This document shows positions 1 through 8,809 of a stretch of 24,009 nt of DNA, piece after piece. The notes below the pieces were generated by a model. The model was not told the origin of the DNA, did no database searches, and saw only the letters and a list, made by a program, of their open reading frames with translations. The translations under genes and the position numbers were made by a program. The first letter of the stretch is position 1, and every line of letters starts with the position of its first letter. Source of the stretch: Actinomycetales bacterium (GTDB lineage Bacteria; Actinomycetota; Actinomycetes; Actinomycetales; Kineosporiaceae). The DNA lies in assembly GCA_012719445.1 (NCBI GenBank), contig JAAYAH010000185.1, forward strand, positions 1 to 24,009, given 5' to 3'.

Positions 1-213
1 GATGCCCTTCGTGAGAGCGGATCAGGAACCTTCGACAAGTCCCATGATCCCAGCTCACAAGGGCATTCGTGCGTTCAACCCGCGAACCGGACGCCAACCA
101 CTCCATGATCAACAACGGATCCGGGTTCAGTGAAGGTGACCCGTCCTGGGGCGGCAAGAGGCTCCGATCTGGCAAGGAGACTGGAGCCATGGGTGGACCT
201 CCTGGGGCGAGGT

Positions 214-879
214 CTACGGACCGACCCTGGCCGAGGCCGATCTGGTCCTCGCCCCGCACGGTGATCCGATAGCCGTGTCCAAGAACCCCCGGGCACGGTG
301 GTCCGTCGGCCGTGATGGGTACTGCTTCGCACCGACCGGGTTCCAGCGCACCGCCCGTTCGAAGGCCCCGGACAGGATCCGGTGGATCTGCCGCACCGAT
401 GACGCCGACAACGGGCGGCACTCGTGCCGGCGGCAGCGCTCGTCGCACTCGAGCGCCCGCACCGTCCGGTGCTCGATCGGCTTCACCCGCCCGATGCAGC
501 GCTGCCGGCACCGACGCAGCTGCGCGTAGAACGCGTCAACAACCTCTCCCCCGACCTTGCCGGCCGGCATCGATCCCAGCACCGGCCGGATGTAGCGGTC
601 GATGTAGCCGACGTAGGTCCGTCTGGTGGTCTCCTCGATATCGAGCACCTCCAGGTACCGGTCCAGCAACTGGTTGACCGTGGCCCGGGTCTGGGATTGC
701 GCCGCTCGTCCACCTGGCTCAGCAGCCGGGTGCGAACCTTCTCCGCCTCGGGACCCGCCGGGACGACCTCGCTGAGGTACAGCCGCTGCCGGGTCACCGG
801 ATCCAGACCGGCGCACACCCGCACCCGGAAGGTACCGCCTGGGAACTGGTCGACGCTCCCCCTGGCCCGCCTGCGCCAC
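214..879 (-). pseudogene. Tyrosine recombinase (phage-type integrase) N-terminal fragment; catalytic domain missing or disrupted
   Basis: Residues ~65-185 of the 221-aa ORF (VNQLLDRYLEVLDIEETTRRTYVGYIDRYIRPVLG...IHRILSGAFERAVRWNPV) match the N-terminal SAM-like core-binding domain of actinobacterial phage integrases. No R..HxxR..Y catalytic region follows in any minus-strand frame of 1-213. The gene is co-oriented with, and 150 bp from, the 3' end of tRNA-Met. Confidence 0.5.
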
Positions 880-1029
880 TCCCCTGCCGTGGCCCCGGCA
901 CCACCGTTGCTCCGACTGATGTCATGTTTCGTGTCACGCGGAGATCATCAGAGCCCAGGGCAAGCGATCCAGCTCTCCGCGCTTCTCGCGTTCTCCCAGC
1001 TCAGAGGTGATTTCGCTAGCCGATGATCC

Positions 1030-1106
1030 TGGTGGGGCGGGTGGGGCTCGAACCCACGACCGGCGGATTATGAGTCCGCTGCTCTGACCGGCTGAGCTAC
1101 CGCCCC
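1030..1106 (-). tRNA. tRNA-Met (anticodon CAT; elongator-type G1-C72; could also be a lysidine-modified tRNA-Ile2), CCA encoded
   Basis: Reverse complement reads GGGGCGGTAGCTCAGCCGGTCAGAGCAGCGGACTCATAATCCGCCGGTCGTGGGTTCGAGCCCCACCCGCCCCACCA. It has a 7-bp acceptor stem, D-arm, anticodon loop CT-CAT-AA, GTTCGAG T-loop and a 3' CCA. Confidence 0.85.
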
Positions 1107-1332
1107 GAGCGACGTGCCCGGCACGGCGGGCACCCTGACGCGTACGAACTGTACTCGGGATGCTCGTGCCATAGCGTCACGGACGGCACGAGCATCCCTG
1201 GCACGACGTTGCCGAGACCGGGGTGAGGGGTTGCCCCGTCCCAGTGGGTGCGGAAGCATCGGCGCGATCCGCTCGCCGAGTCCTCTCCGCGTCGGGTCGA
1301 TCCCGATCCGCGCGCGACAGGAGGCCCGCGAC

Positions 1333-2298
1333 ATGCAGGAGCCACCGACGGGAGTTGGAAAGCCCCAGCGACGCGCACATCGGCACGTCGACCGACGAGC
1401 ACGTCGGCGGCGTTGGTGGCTCACCGGAGCGGGCGTGCTCGGCGCCGGCGTCATCGCCGCGCTCGTCGTCACCCAGACCCTCGGCTCGGCCTGCGCCGCC
1501 CCTGGCATGCACGCCGCGTCACGATCCGGGAAGGCCACCTTCTACACGCTGTCCACCGGCACCGGGAACTGCTCGTTCCCTTCGGACGGCGCTGACGGGC
1601 TCTACGTGGCGCTGTCCCCCGGGGAGTACGGTGACGCAGCCGCCTGCGGCAGCTACCTGAGTGTCTCGGGGCCCAGAGGCACAGTGCGGGTGAAGGTCGT
1701 CGACCAGTGCCCCGAGTGCGAGGCCGGCCACATCGACCTGAGTCGGACGGCGTTCGCCCGCATCGGGGATCCCGCGAAGGGCGTGCTCCCGGTGACCTAC
1801 CGTCGTCTGGTCGACCCGCCCCTCCCCGGTCCGCTGAAGGTTCGGGTCAAGGAGGGCTCGTCGCGGTACTGGCTCGCCCTCCTCGTCGACAACACGGGTA
1901 ATCCGCTGTCCCGCATCGAGGTCCGGTCCGGGAGCGGTTCGTGGCAGGTCCTCTCCCGGGCCGACTACAACTACTGGATCGCCGAGAGCGGCGCCGGGGC
2001 AGGTCCCTTCCGGGTCCGGATCACGGACACCCGAGGGCACCGGCTGACTGTGACAGGAATCCGGCTCGCCCCCGGCACGATCCAGTCGACGTCCTCCCGC
2101 ATGTACTCCGCCGGAGGTGGCTCGACGAGCCGGCTGTCGACCTCGACGACGAGGATCACGAGGACGTCCACGACGACCGGGACTCTTCTCTCGACGACCT
2201 CCGTGACCACGCCCGGGACGACGAGCACCTCCTGGCAGACCGACCAGCCGTCGTCCAGCAGTCCGACCGAACCCGCCGTCGTCAGCGACGACTGCTGA
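1333..2298 (+). CDS. Secreted expansin-like protein (EXLX/YoaJ-type): DPBB domain, CBM63-like domain, Ser/Thr-rich C-terminal tail
   Basis: ATG at 1333 sits 9 nt after AGGAGG (1318-1323). A hydrophobic signal/TM segment (WWLTGAGVLGAGVIAALVV) follows. GKATFYTLSTGTGNCSF...GPRGTVRVKVVDQCPECEAGHIDLSRTAF matches the double-psi beta-barrel of expansins/RlpA. RVKEGSSRYWLALLVDNTGNP...YNYWIAESGAG...FRVRITDTRGHRL matches expansin domain 2. The C-terminus is an S/T-rich low-complexity tail ending in Cys. Confidence 0.8.
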   Translation: MQEPPTGVGKPQRRAHRHVDRRARRRRWWLTGAGVLGAGVIAALVVTQTLGSACAAPGMHAASRSGKATFYTLSTGTGNCSFPSDGADGLYVALSPGEYGDAAACGSYLSVSGPRGTVRVKVVDQCPECEAGHIDLSRTAFARIGDPAKGVLPVTYRRLVDPPLPGPLKVRVKEGSSRYWLALLVDNTGNPLSRIEVRSGSGSWQVLSRADYNYWIAESGAGAGPFRVRITDTRGHRLTVTGIRLAPGTIQSTSSRMYSAGGGSTSRLSTSTTRITRTSTTTGTLLSTTSVTTPGTTSTSWQTDQPSSSSPTEPAVVSDDC

Positions 2299-2350
2299 AC
2301 GCCACCGCCCCGGTGCAGGCAGCGGCACGGCAGTGGTGCCCGTCCCCCGC

Positions 2351-2396
2351 GGGGCTCCGAACGAAGCCCCAGCTCCGAACGAAGCCCTCGGAGAGC
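2351..2396. terminator. Two adjacent GC-rich hairpins (tandem 16-bp repeat CTCCGAACGAAGCCC) between the convergent expansin-like and PII genes
   Basis: GGGGCTccgaacgaAGCCCC (2351-2370) and GCTCCGAacgaagcccTCGGAGAGC (2372-2396) lie between the stop codons at 2298 (+) and 2400 (-). Confidence 0.4.
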
Positions 2397-2399
2397 CCG

Positions 2400-2774
<375 letters not shown>

Positions 2775-3312
2775 TCAGGGACGACCCCGGTGGGGGCTGC
2801 GGCCGATGCCGTGACGGCTCCGACCGTCCTCGGCACGCGGACCGTGGGCGGAACGCTGCCATCGTGCTTCCCAGGAGTGACGCCGAAGGCTCCCGCTGAA
2901 GCACCGTGAGCGCGACACCGGTCGAGCGTCATCCTGATAGGTACCACCTCCGAGGGCAGTGTTGGTGGTACGACTCCCGTCATCCGGACGGCGAGCCGTC
3001 GGCCGGTCGTTCCCTGGCCCCCGGGAGGAGCGGCCGGCCGAAGAGATCCGACAGTACTTGCACGCTGCCGGTGAGTACCAGGTTTGTGATCGGTACAGCC
3101 TCCCGGCGGATGGATCCCGGCTGCGAACAGCTCAGCACGACCTCCTACCGGTCGATCCCGGCCCCCGGCCGAGCGGTGCCCGCGGGGTGACGGACGGCGA
3201 GTCCGGGGCCGAACCGCGTCGTCGGGCCCGGCGGGGACGGCAGGAGGCCCCCGGAGCGCTGAGTCCGGGGGCCTACCTCACCATGCGGTGTACGCGCCGT
3301 GGAATCCGCCGA

Positions 3313-3729
3313 TCAGACCTCGGAACCGATCTGGTCGACGTCCATCACCTCGCATCGGATGTCGTCCGGCAAGACGCCGGGGGCGACCAGTCCGAGCCCG
3401 TCGATGGGAACGGTCTGACCTGGCTCCACGTCATGAGCGAACGTGTCGGCCCAGTCGAGACGCTGACCGTCCCGATCCCTCATCACGACGGCGACGTTGA
3501 AGTCGCTCTTCACCGTCGCCATGTTGCGCAGGTGCCCGGTGAACTCGGCACCATGCTCACCCACCTTGCACGAGGTGAGCGTCACCTTCGGCCCACGGGC
3601 CGCTGCGACACCCTTCTCAACTGCCGCCGCAGCGCCCCTTTCGTCCGAGTTGACGTCCTTCCCAACTCCGCAGCCGGCTGCCCCCGAGGCCGTCACTGCG
3701 GCGAACATCAGCGCCAATGCTCGCCTCAC
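3313..3729 (-). CDS. Small secreted lipoprotein, function unknown
   Basis: GTG start with GGAAAGGG about 8 nt upstream. Signal peptide plus lipobox (AVTASGAAGC) with Cys after the cleavage site. 138 aa, two further Cys. Confidence 0.55.
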   Translation of the reverse strand: MRRALALMFAAVTASGAAGCGVGKDVNSDERGAAAAVEKGVAAARGPKVTLTSCKVGEHGAEFTGHLRNMATVKSDFNVAVVMRDRDGQRLDWADTFAHDVEPGQTVPIDGLGLVAPGVLPDDIRCEVMDVDQIGSEV

Positions 3730-4053
3730 GTCACACCCTTTCCACGGAGAGTCATGGACGAAGAAAGGGTACGGGGTAGGCCACCTGGGGTATCACGTCA
3801 CCCCCTCATGACAGGTTGTCAACTCTGAGTAGTCAGATTACCGGGGCACCCCGGCGTCTCCGACCTCACGAGCGGCCACAGGTGAGGATGGCTCTCGGTG
3901 AAAACGTTGCCGGTCGTCACTCAGCGCCACCTTGGATCACAAGAAACCCGGCGAGCAGCCCGGATGAGGAGCCAACGCCAGCAACGTGAGAAACGCGACA
4001 TCCCGCGAAACGTGGACGCCGCGGGCTGCTGCAGCCGCGGCGTCAGGGTCTTG

Positions 4054-4126
4054 CTCCCGCGGAAGGACTCGAACCTTCAACCTGCCGGTTAACAGCCGGA
4101 CGCTCTGCCGATTGAGCTACGCGGGA
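4054..4126 (-). tRNA. tRNA-Asn (anticodon GTT), no encoded CCA
   Basis: Reverse complement reads TCCCGCGTAGCTCAATCGGCAGAGCGTCCGGCTGTTAACCGGCAGGTTGAAGGTTCGAGTCCTTCCGCGGGAG. The acceptor stem TCCCGCG/CGCGGGA is perfect, the anticodon loop is CT-GTT-AA, and the T-loop is GTTCGAG. A tRNA-Asn lying 3' of dnaG is a conserved actinobacterial arrangement. Confidence 0.85.
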
Positions 4127-4244
4127 TCGGCGACGTGAACTGTACCAAAGCCCGGGACCGTCGCTGTCGCGTCACCCCGCCTGCCGCGGCCTCCGGCCGT
4201 CGAGCCTGTCCCCATCCCCGCGCCTCCCACCGGTTCCCGCCTCT

Positions 4245-4316
4245 CACGATCAGGTGATCCCACGATCCGATGGTCAGGATCCGGTGGCCACGATCCAGTG
4301 ATCACGATCCGGTGAT
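4245..4316. repeat. Tandem array of five imperfect ~14-bp repeats (CAyGATCCrGTGry), each with a GATC core, spanning the dnaG stop codon and its 3' flank
   Basis: CACGATCAGGTGATCC / CACGATCCGATGGT / CAGGATCCGGTGGC / CACGATCCAGTGAT / CACGATCCGGTGATGCG read directly from the sequence. The dnaG stop is at 4302-4304. Confidence 0.6.
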
Positions 4317-6404
4317 GCGTTCGCGCAGCTGCCGCCGCTGTCCCTCGGCCTCGGTGATCTCCCGAAGGGTCTCCAGCAGGGCGGGGTCGTCGGGAGCCGT
4401 GCGCTGCATCCGGCTGCGCAGGTTCCCGATGTGCCGGTTGAGCTCGCCCTCCACGACCCGCAGCACGACGGACACGGCGTACCGGGACAGCGCCTCGTCG
4501 TCGTCCGCCGGGAGCGGCGCCACGGCCAGTTCGGTGACCAGCCCGGACACGGTGTCCGGGGCGTTCTCCCGGACGGCGTCGGCCCAGACGTGGGCCGGCA
4601 TCGTCACCGCGGTGGTGAGCCCGCCCGCGGCCCGGATCGCGTGGTGCACCGACCGGTGGGCCGGGACGGCGAAGGCCTGCTCCGAGAGCAGGTCCACGTC
4701 CTCCACCGGCACCAACTCCGGCACCTGGAGCATGCACTCCAGGGCCTCACGCTCCACCCGCGCGACCGGGTCGCGGAGGTCGATCCGGTCCCCCGGCCCT
4801 CCCGAGCCGGACGGGTAACCCTCGACATCTCCCCCCGGACCACCCGCCGCGTCCGGGCCGCCGTTCCGGCCTCTGCCACGGGTCCCCTGGGACGTGGCCT
4901 CCCCGGCCCCCGACGCCGTGGCCGGTCCCCGGGACGATCCTCTTCCCTGGGGCGAGCCCGTCCCGGGGGCGCCGCCACCCCTGGTCTCCGGCCCTCCCGG
5001 CCGGGTACCCGCGCCCGGGAGATCCCCGCCGGGCCTGCCCGCGCTCTCGGCCCCCCCGCTCCCCGCGGCCCGCACCTGGTGCGAGACGGCGCGCAGCACC
5101 GGCTCGACCTCCATCCCGAGCCAGCCGGCGAGCTGCCGGGCGTACTCGGGTCGCAGCGACGCGTCCCTGATCCTGGCGACCATCGGTGCCGCGGCCCGCA
5201 GCCCGCGGACCCGTCCCTCCGGGGAGTCCAGGTCGATCTCCTTCAGGGTGGTCCGGATGGCGAACTCGAACATCCGTTGGCGGCTCTCCACCAGTTCCCT
5301 GACCGCCTCGTTCCCCCGCCGCTGCCGCAGCTCGCAGGGATCCATGCCGTCCCTCGCCACCGCGACGAAGGTCTGCGCGACGAAGCGCTGGTCGTCGGCG
5401 AAGGCTCGCATCGCGGCCTTCTGCCCGGCCGCGTCGCCGTCGAAGGTGAAGATCACCTCCCCATTCCTCGCGCTGTGGTCGCCGAGCAGCCGGCGCACGA
5501 CCCGGATGTGGTCCTCGCCGAACGCCGTCCCGCAGGTCGCCACCGCCGTCTCCACCCCGGCCAGGTGACAGGCCATCACGTCGGTGTACCCCTCGACGAC
5601 GACGACCTGACGCCTCCTGGCGATCTCCCGTTTGGCGAGGTCGACCCCGTAGAGCACCTGGGACTTGCGGTAGAGGGTGGTCTCCGGGGTGTTGAGGTAC
5701 TTCGCCTCGATCCGGTCGTCCTCGAAGATCCGGCGTGCGCCGAACCCCACGACGTCCCCGGTGACGTCCCGGATCGGCCACAGCAGCCGGCCCCGGAACC
5801 GGTCGTACAGCCCCCGTCTGCCCTGTCCTGCCGCCCCCGAGGCGAGCAGCTCGTCCTCGGTGAACCCCCGGCCGCGGAGGTGCCGGAGCAGGGCCTCACC
5901 GGCCCGGGGCGCATAGCCGATGCCGAAGTGCTCGGCGACCTCCCGGTCGAACCCGCGCTCGGTGAGGAACCGGCGGGCGACGTCGGCGTCCCCCGGCGTC
6001 CCGAGCTGCTCCGCGTAGTACGCGGCAGCGACCCGGTTGAGGTCGATCAACCGTTGCCGCTGGCCGACCCGCTCCCTGCGACCGGTCGCGGCTCCCCCGC
6101 CGTCGTCCTCGTACCGGACCTGGTAACCCAGCCGGCTCGCGAGGTGCTCGACGGCCTCCGCGAACCCGAGGTGGTCGATCTTCTGCACGAAGGAGATGGC
6201 GTCGCCGCCCTCACCGCAGCCGAAGCAGTGCCACAGGCCGACGTGCGGCCGGACGTGGATGGACGGCGTCCGCTCGTCGTGGAAGGGACACAGGCCCTTG
6301 AGCGACCCGACCCCCGCGGTCTTGAGCGCCACGTGCTCCCCGACGACCTCGTCGATGCGGGACTGCTCACGGACGTGCTCGACGTCCTCGCGCCGGATCC
6401 TCAT
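4302..6404 (-). CDS. dnaG: DNA primase DnaG (start taken at MRIRREDVEHV; upstream in-frame extension to 6623 unlikely)
   Basis: N-terminal zinc-binding domain (CPFHDERTPSIHVRP...WHCFGCGEGGDAISFV), TOPRIM region (VVVVEGYTDVMA...FDGDAAGQKAA) and a C-terminal helicase-interaction region. A ~110-aa Gly/Pro/Arg-rich low-complexity linker lies near the C-terminus. CAT at 6402-6404 verified. Confidence 0.9.
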   Translation of the reverse strand: MRIRREDVEHVREQSRIDEVVGEHVALKTAGVGSLKGLCPFHDERTPSIHVRPHVGLWHCFGCGEGGDAISFVQKIDHLGFAEAVEHLASRLGYQVRYEDDGGGAATGRRERVGQRQRLIDLNRVAAAYYAEQLGTPGDADVARRFLTERGFDREVAEHFGIGYAPRAGEALLRHLRGRGFTEDELLASGAAGQGRRGLYDRFRGRLLWPIRDVTGDVVGFGARRIFEDDRIEAKYLNTPETTLYRKSQVLYGVDLAKREIARRRQVVVVEGYTDVMACHLAGVETAVATCGTAFGEDHIRVVRRLLGDHSARNGEVIFTFDGDAAGQKAAMRAFADDQRFVAQTFVAVARDGMDPCELRQRRGNEAVRELVESRQRMFEFAIRTTLKEIDLDSPEGRVRGLRAAAPMVARIRDASLRPEYARQLAGWLGMEVEPVLRAVSHQVRAAGSGGAESAGRPGGDLPGAGTRPGGPETRGGGAPGTGSPQGRGSSRGPATASGAGEATSQGTRGRGRNGGPDAAGGPGGDVEGYPSGSGGPGDRIDLRDPVARVEREALECMLQVPELVPVEDVDLLSEQAFAVPAHRSVHHAIRAAGGLTTAVTMPAHVWADAVRENAPDTVSGLVTELAVAPLPADDDEALSRYAVSVVLRVVEGELNRHIGNLRSRMQRTAPDDPALLETLREITEAEGQRRQLRERITGS

Positions 6405-6717
6405 CGCCGCCCCTGCCGGTCCGCGGGCGCTCCCGGCCGACCGGACGCCGTCCGCGGCACCCCGGGCTTCGCGCCCGGCCCCGCTGTCACGTCCACAGGC
6501 GGAGTCTAGGTGCCCGTGGGGTACCGCCGGCTCCGACACCGTCGTCGTCCACAGGCAGGGATCACCCGGCTCCGCGCAGTGACGAGGATCACGCAACGGC
6601 CGTCGGGAGCACCACCGTCCCACCGGCGCGACGACTGATCATCAGGGCGTTGCGGCCCTGTCCGTCGTCGCACGCCGTCCCGGACGTCGGAACGGCCCCT
6701 TCGGCAGAGGAGTTCGC

Positions 6718-8721
6718 GTGGTATCGCGCGATTTGATCATCATTCTGGCCGTCGTACTCGTACTCGTCGTGGTCCTGTTGAAGTCCCTGCACGTCATCGC
6801 AGCCACCGAGGTCGGCCTGGTCACCAAGCGGTTCGGCAGGCGGCTCGGCTCGGACCAGCCGATCGCCTTCCGGGGCGAGGCCGGATACCAGGCGAAGCTG
6901 CTCATGCCGGGGCTGCGTTTCAAGCTCTGGCCGGTCTTCTCGGTCTCCAAGCACCCCTGGGTGCAGATCCCGGCGGGCGAGATCGGGGTGGTCATCGCCC
7001 AGATCGGCGCACCGCTGCCGATCGGCGCGAAGACCGCCGAGTACCGGCCCGAGTTCGCCAACTTCACGGACCTGACGGTCTTCCTGGCCGAGGGCGGCCA
7101 GAAGGGCATCCAGCGGCCGGTGTTGCCCCCCGGGACCCTGCTCCCGCTGCACCCGGTCGCCTTCCTCGTCCTCACCGCCGGGCGGGTCTACGGCCTGCCG
7201 GTCTCCAGCAACGTCGACCGCCGCAAGCCGCTGACCCCGCAGACCTTCGGGCTCACCCCCGAGCACCTCAGGGTGACCGTGGTCGCCCCGCAGGGCTGGC
7301 AGGACGTCGTCGGCATCGTCACCACCCTTGAGGGACCGGCTCCCGAGGCAGGGGACATCGCCAGCAGGCTCGGCGGGTACGCGGACATCGCGGCTCTTGA
7401 GGAGAGCGGTGCGGGTGACGCCGAGAAGATCGAGGCGATCCTGGCGTCCAAGAACGGGCTGCACAACAACTACCAGGACTACCAGGCCTTCCTCGACCAC
7501 GGCGGACGGATCGGCCTCCAGCACGACCCGCTGCTGTACGGGTCCTACCTGCTCAACCCGTTCCTGGTGCGGGTGGAGTTCGTGCCGATGCTCGTGGTCC
7601 GGCAGGGTGAGGTCGCCGTCGTGAAGTCCTACGTCGGCCTGCCCACCGTGGACACCTCGGGGCAGGAGTTCAAGTTCGGCTCCATCGTCCGCCCGGGGCA
7701 CCGGGGGATCTGGAACGAGCCGCTGCGCACCGGCAAGTACTCGATCAACCCGCGCCTGTACGCCGCGGAGATCGTCCCCACCTCGATCCTCACCCTCAAC
7801 TGGGCCAACCAGAGCTCGCAGGCGCACAACCTCGACGCGATGCTCAGCCCGATCGACGGCAAGTCCCGCGAGGGCTTCGTCTTCGGGATCGACCTCCAGG
7901 TCCAGATCCACGTGCCCGACTCCAGGGCACCGAAGGTGATCTCGATGGTGGGCACCATGCAGAACCTCGTCAACGAGGTGCTGCAGTCGGCCGTGGGCAA
8001 CTACTTCCGCAACGTGCTGCAGCAGCTCCCGGCCGTCCAGTTCATCGAGACGCGGGACGCCGTGCAGAACCACGCGCAGGAGTACATCACCGGGTACCTC
8101 GGCAAGTACGAGGTCGAGACCAAGGGCGTGTACATCCAGGACGTCGTGTTCCTGCCGGAGCTGGTCACCGTGCTCACCCAGCGCGAGATCGCCAACCAGG
8201 AGCGCTCGACGTTCGAGGAGCAGCAACGGGCCCAGATCGTCCGGGTCGACCTGGAGAAGGCGCGCGGCACCGCCGACATGCAGGCCGAGCTGGCCAAGGC
8301 CAACGTCAATGTCGACATCCAGAAGGCCGCTGCCGCCGCGAGAACGGCCGAGGCCGAGGGCGTCTCGGCGTTCACCCGGATGACGGGCCAGGCCGAGGCC
8401 GACAAGACGCAGGCGATCGGCCTGGCCCAGGCGAAGGCCGTCGAGGCGCTCGGGGTGGCCAAGGCCAAGGGGTACGAGGCCCAGGTCACGGCCCTCGGCC
8501 AGCAGGCCACCGCCGCGGTCGCGGTGGCGGGCGCGGTGGCCGACGGCCAGATCAAGATCGTTCCCGAGGTCATGGTCTCCGGGAGCGACGGCAACGGCGC
8601 CTTCACCGGACTCGCCGCAGCTCTCACCGGATCCCTCAGGGACTGGACACCGGGACGGACCGACGCCGAGGAGCGTCCCGCGGCGAACGGACGCACCGGA
8701 GCCGACGGATCCGCCGCTTGA
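6718..8721 (+). CDS. Flotillin-like SPFH/band-7 membrane protein (YqiK/FloT family), 667 aa
   Basis: GTG start after GAGGAG. N-terminal TM helix (LIIILAVVLVLVVVLL), SPFH domain, then a long Ala/Glu/Gln-rich coiled-coil tail (QERSTFEEQQRAQIVRVDLEKARGTADMQAELAKANVNVDIQKAAAAARTAEAEG...) typical of flotillins. Confidence 0.8.
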   Translation: MVSRDLIIILAVVLVLVVVLLKSLHVIAATEVGLVTKRFGRRLGSDQPIAFRGEAGYQAKLLMPGLRFKLWPVFSVSKHPWVQIPAGEIGVVIAQIGAPLPIGAKTAEYRPEFANFTDLTVFLAEGGQKGIQRPVLPPGTLLPLHPVAFLVLTAGRVYGLPVSSNVDRRKPLTPQTFGLTPEHLRVTVVAPQGWQDVVGIVTTLEGPAPEAGDIASRLGGYADIAALEESGAGDAEKIEAILASKNGLHNNYQDYQAFLDHGGRIGLQHDPLLYGSYLLNPFLVRVEFVPMLVVRQGEVAVVKSYVGLPTVDTSGQEFKFGSIVRPGHRGIWNEPLRTGKYSINPRLYAAEIVPTSILTLNWANQSSQAHNLDAMLSPIDGKSREGFVFGIDLQVQIHVPDSRAPKVISMVGTMQNLVNEVLQSAVGNYFRNVLQQLPAVQFIETRDAVQNHAQEYITGYLGKYEVETKGVYIQDVVFLPELVTVLTQREIANQERSTFEEQQRAQIVRVDLEKARGTADMQAELAKANVNVDIQKAAAAARTAEAEGVSAFTRMTGQAEADKTQAIGLAQAKAVEALGVAKAKGYEAQVTALGQQATAAVAVAGAVADGQIKIVPEVMVSGSDGNGAFTGLAAALTGSLRDWTPGRTDAEERPAANGRTGADGSAA

Positions 8722-8756
8722 CACGAAACGTCATGGGGTGCCTGACCACTCCTGAC

Positions 8757-8796
8757 GGCGGCGGCCGGCGCCCGGTGAGGGACGCCGGCCGCCGCC
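8757..8796. terminator. Perfect 14-bp GC-rich inverted repeat (GGCGGCGGCCGGCG-12nt-CGCCGGCCGCCGCC) between the convergent flotillin and dgt genes
   Basis: Read directly from the sequence. It lies between the stops at 8721 (+) and 8810 (-). No U-tract (I-shaped terminator style common in high-GC actinobacteria). Confidence 0.5.
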
Positions 8797-8809
8797 GTGA
8801 CGGTGGTCC

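Noticed and set aside
214-879. Treating the 221-aa integrase-like ORF as an intact integrase
   Set aside because: Only the N-terminal core-binding domain is recognisable. Homology is lost ~40 aa before the ORF ends, and none of the three minus-strand frames of 1-213 encodes the catalytic Arg-His-Arg-Tyr region.
3805-3845. TTGACA hexamer and GTTGTCAAC palindrome upstream of the lipoprotein gene as a sigma-70 promoter or operator
   Set aside because: No acceptable -10 element lies 16-19 nt downstream, and the palindrome is only 4+1+4 nt. This is too weak to call.
6491-6556. Direct repeat CGTCCACAGGC x2 (55 bp apart) in the dnaG/flotillin divergent intergenic region
   Set aside because: It is only 11 nt and occurs twice. 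That is plausible by chance in GC-rich intergenic DNA. It is noted but not called as a regulatory site.
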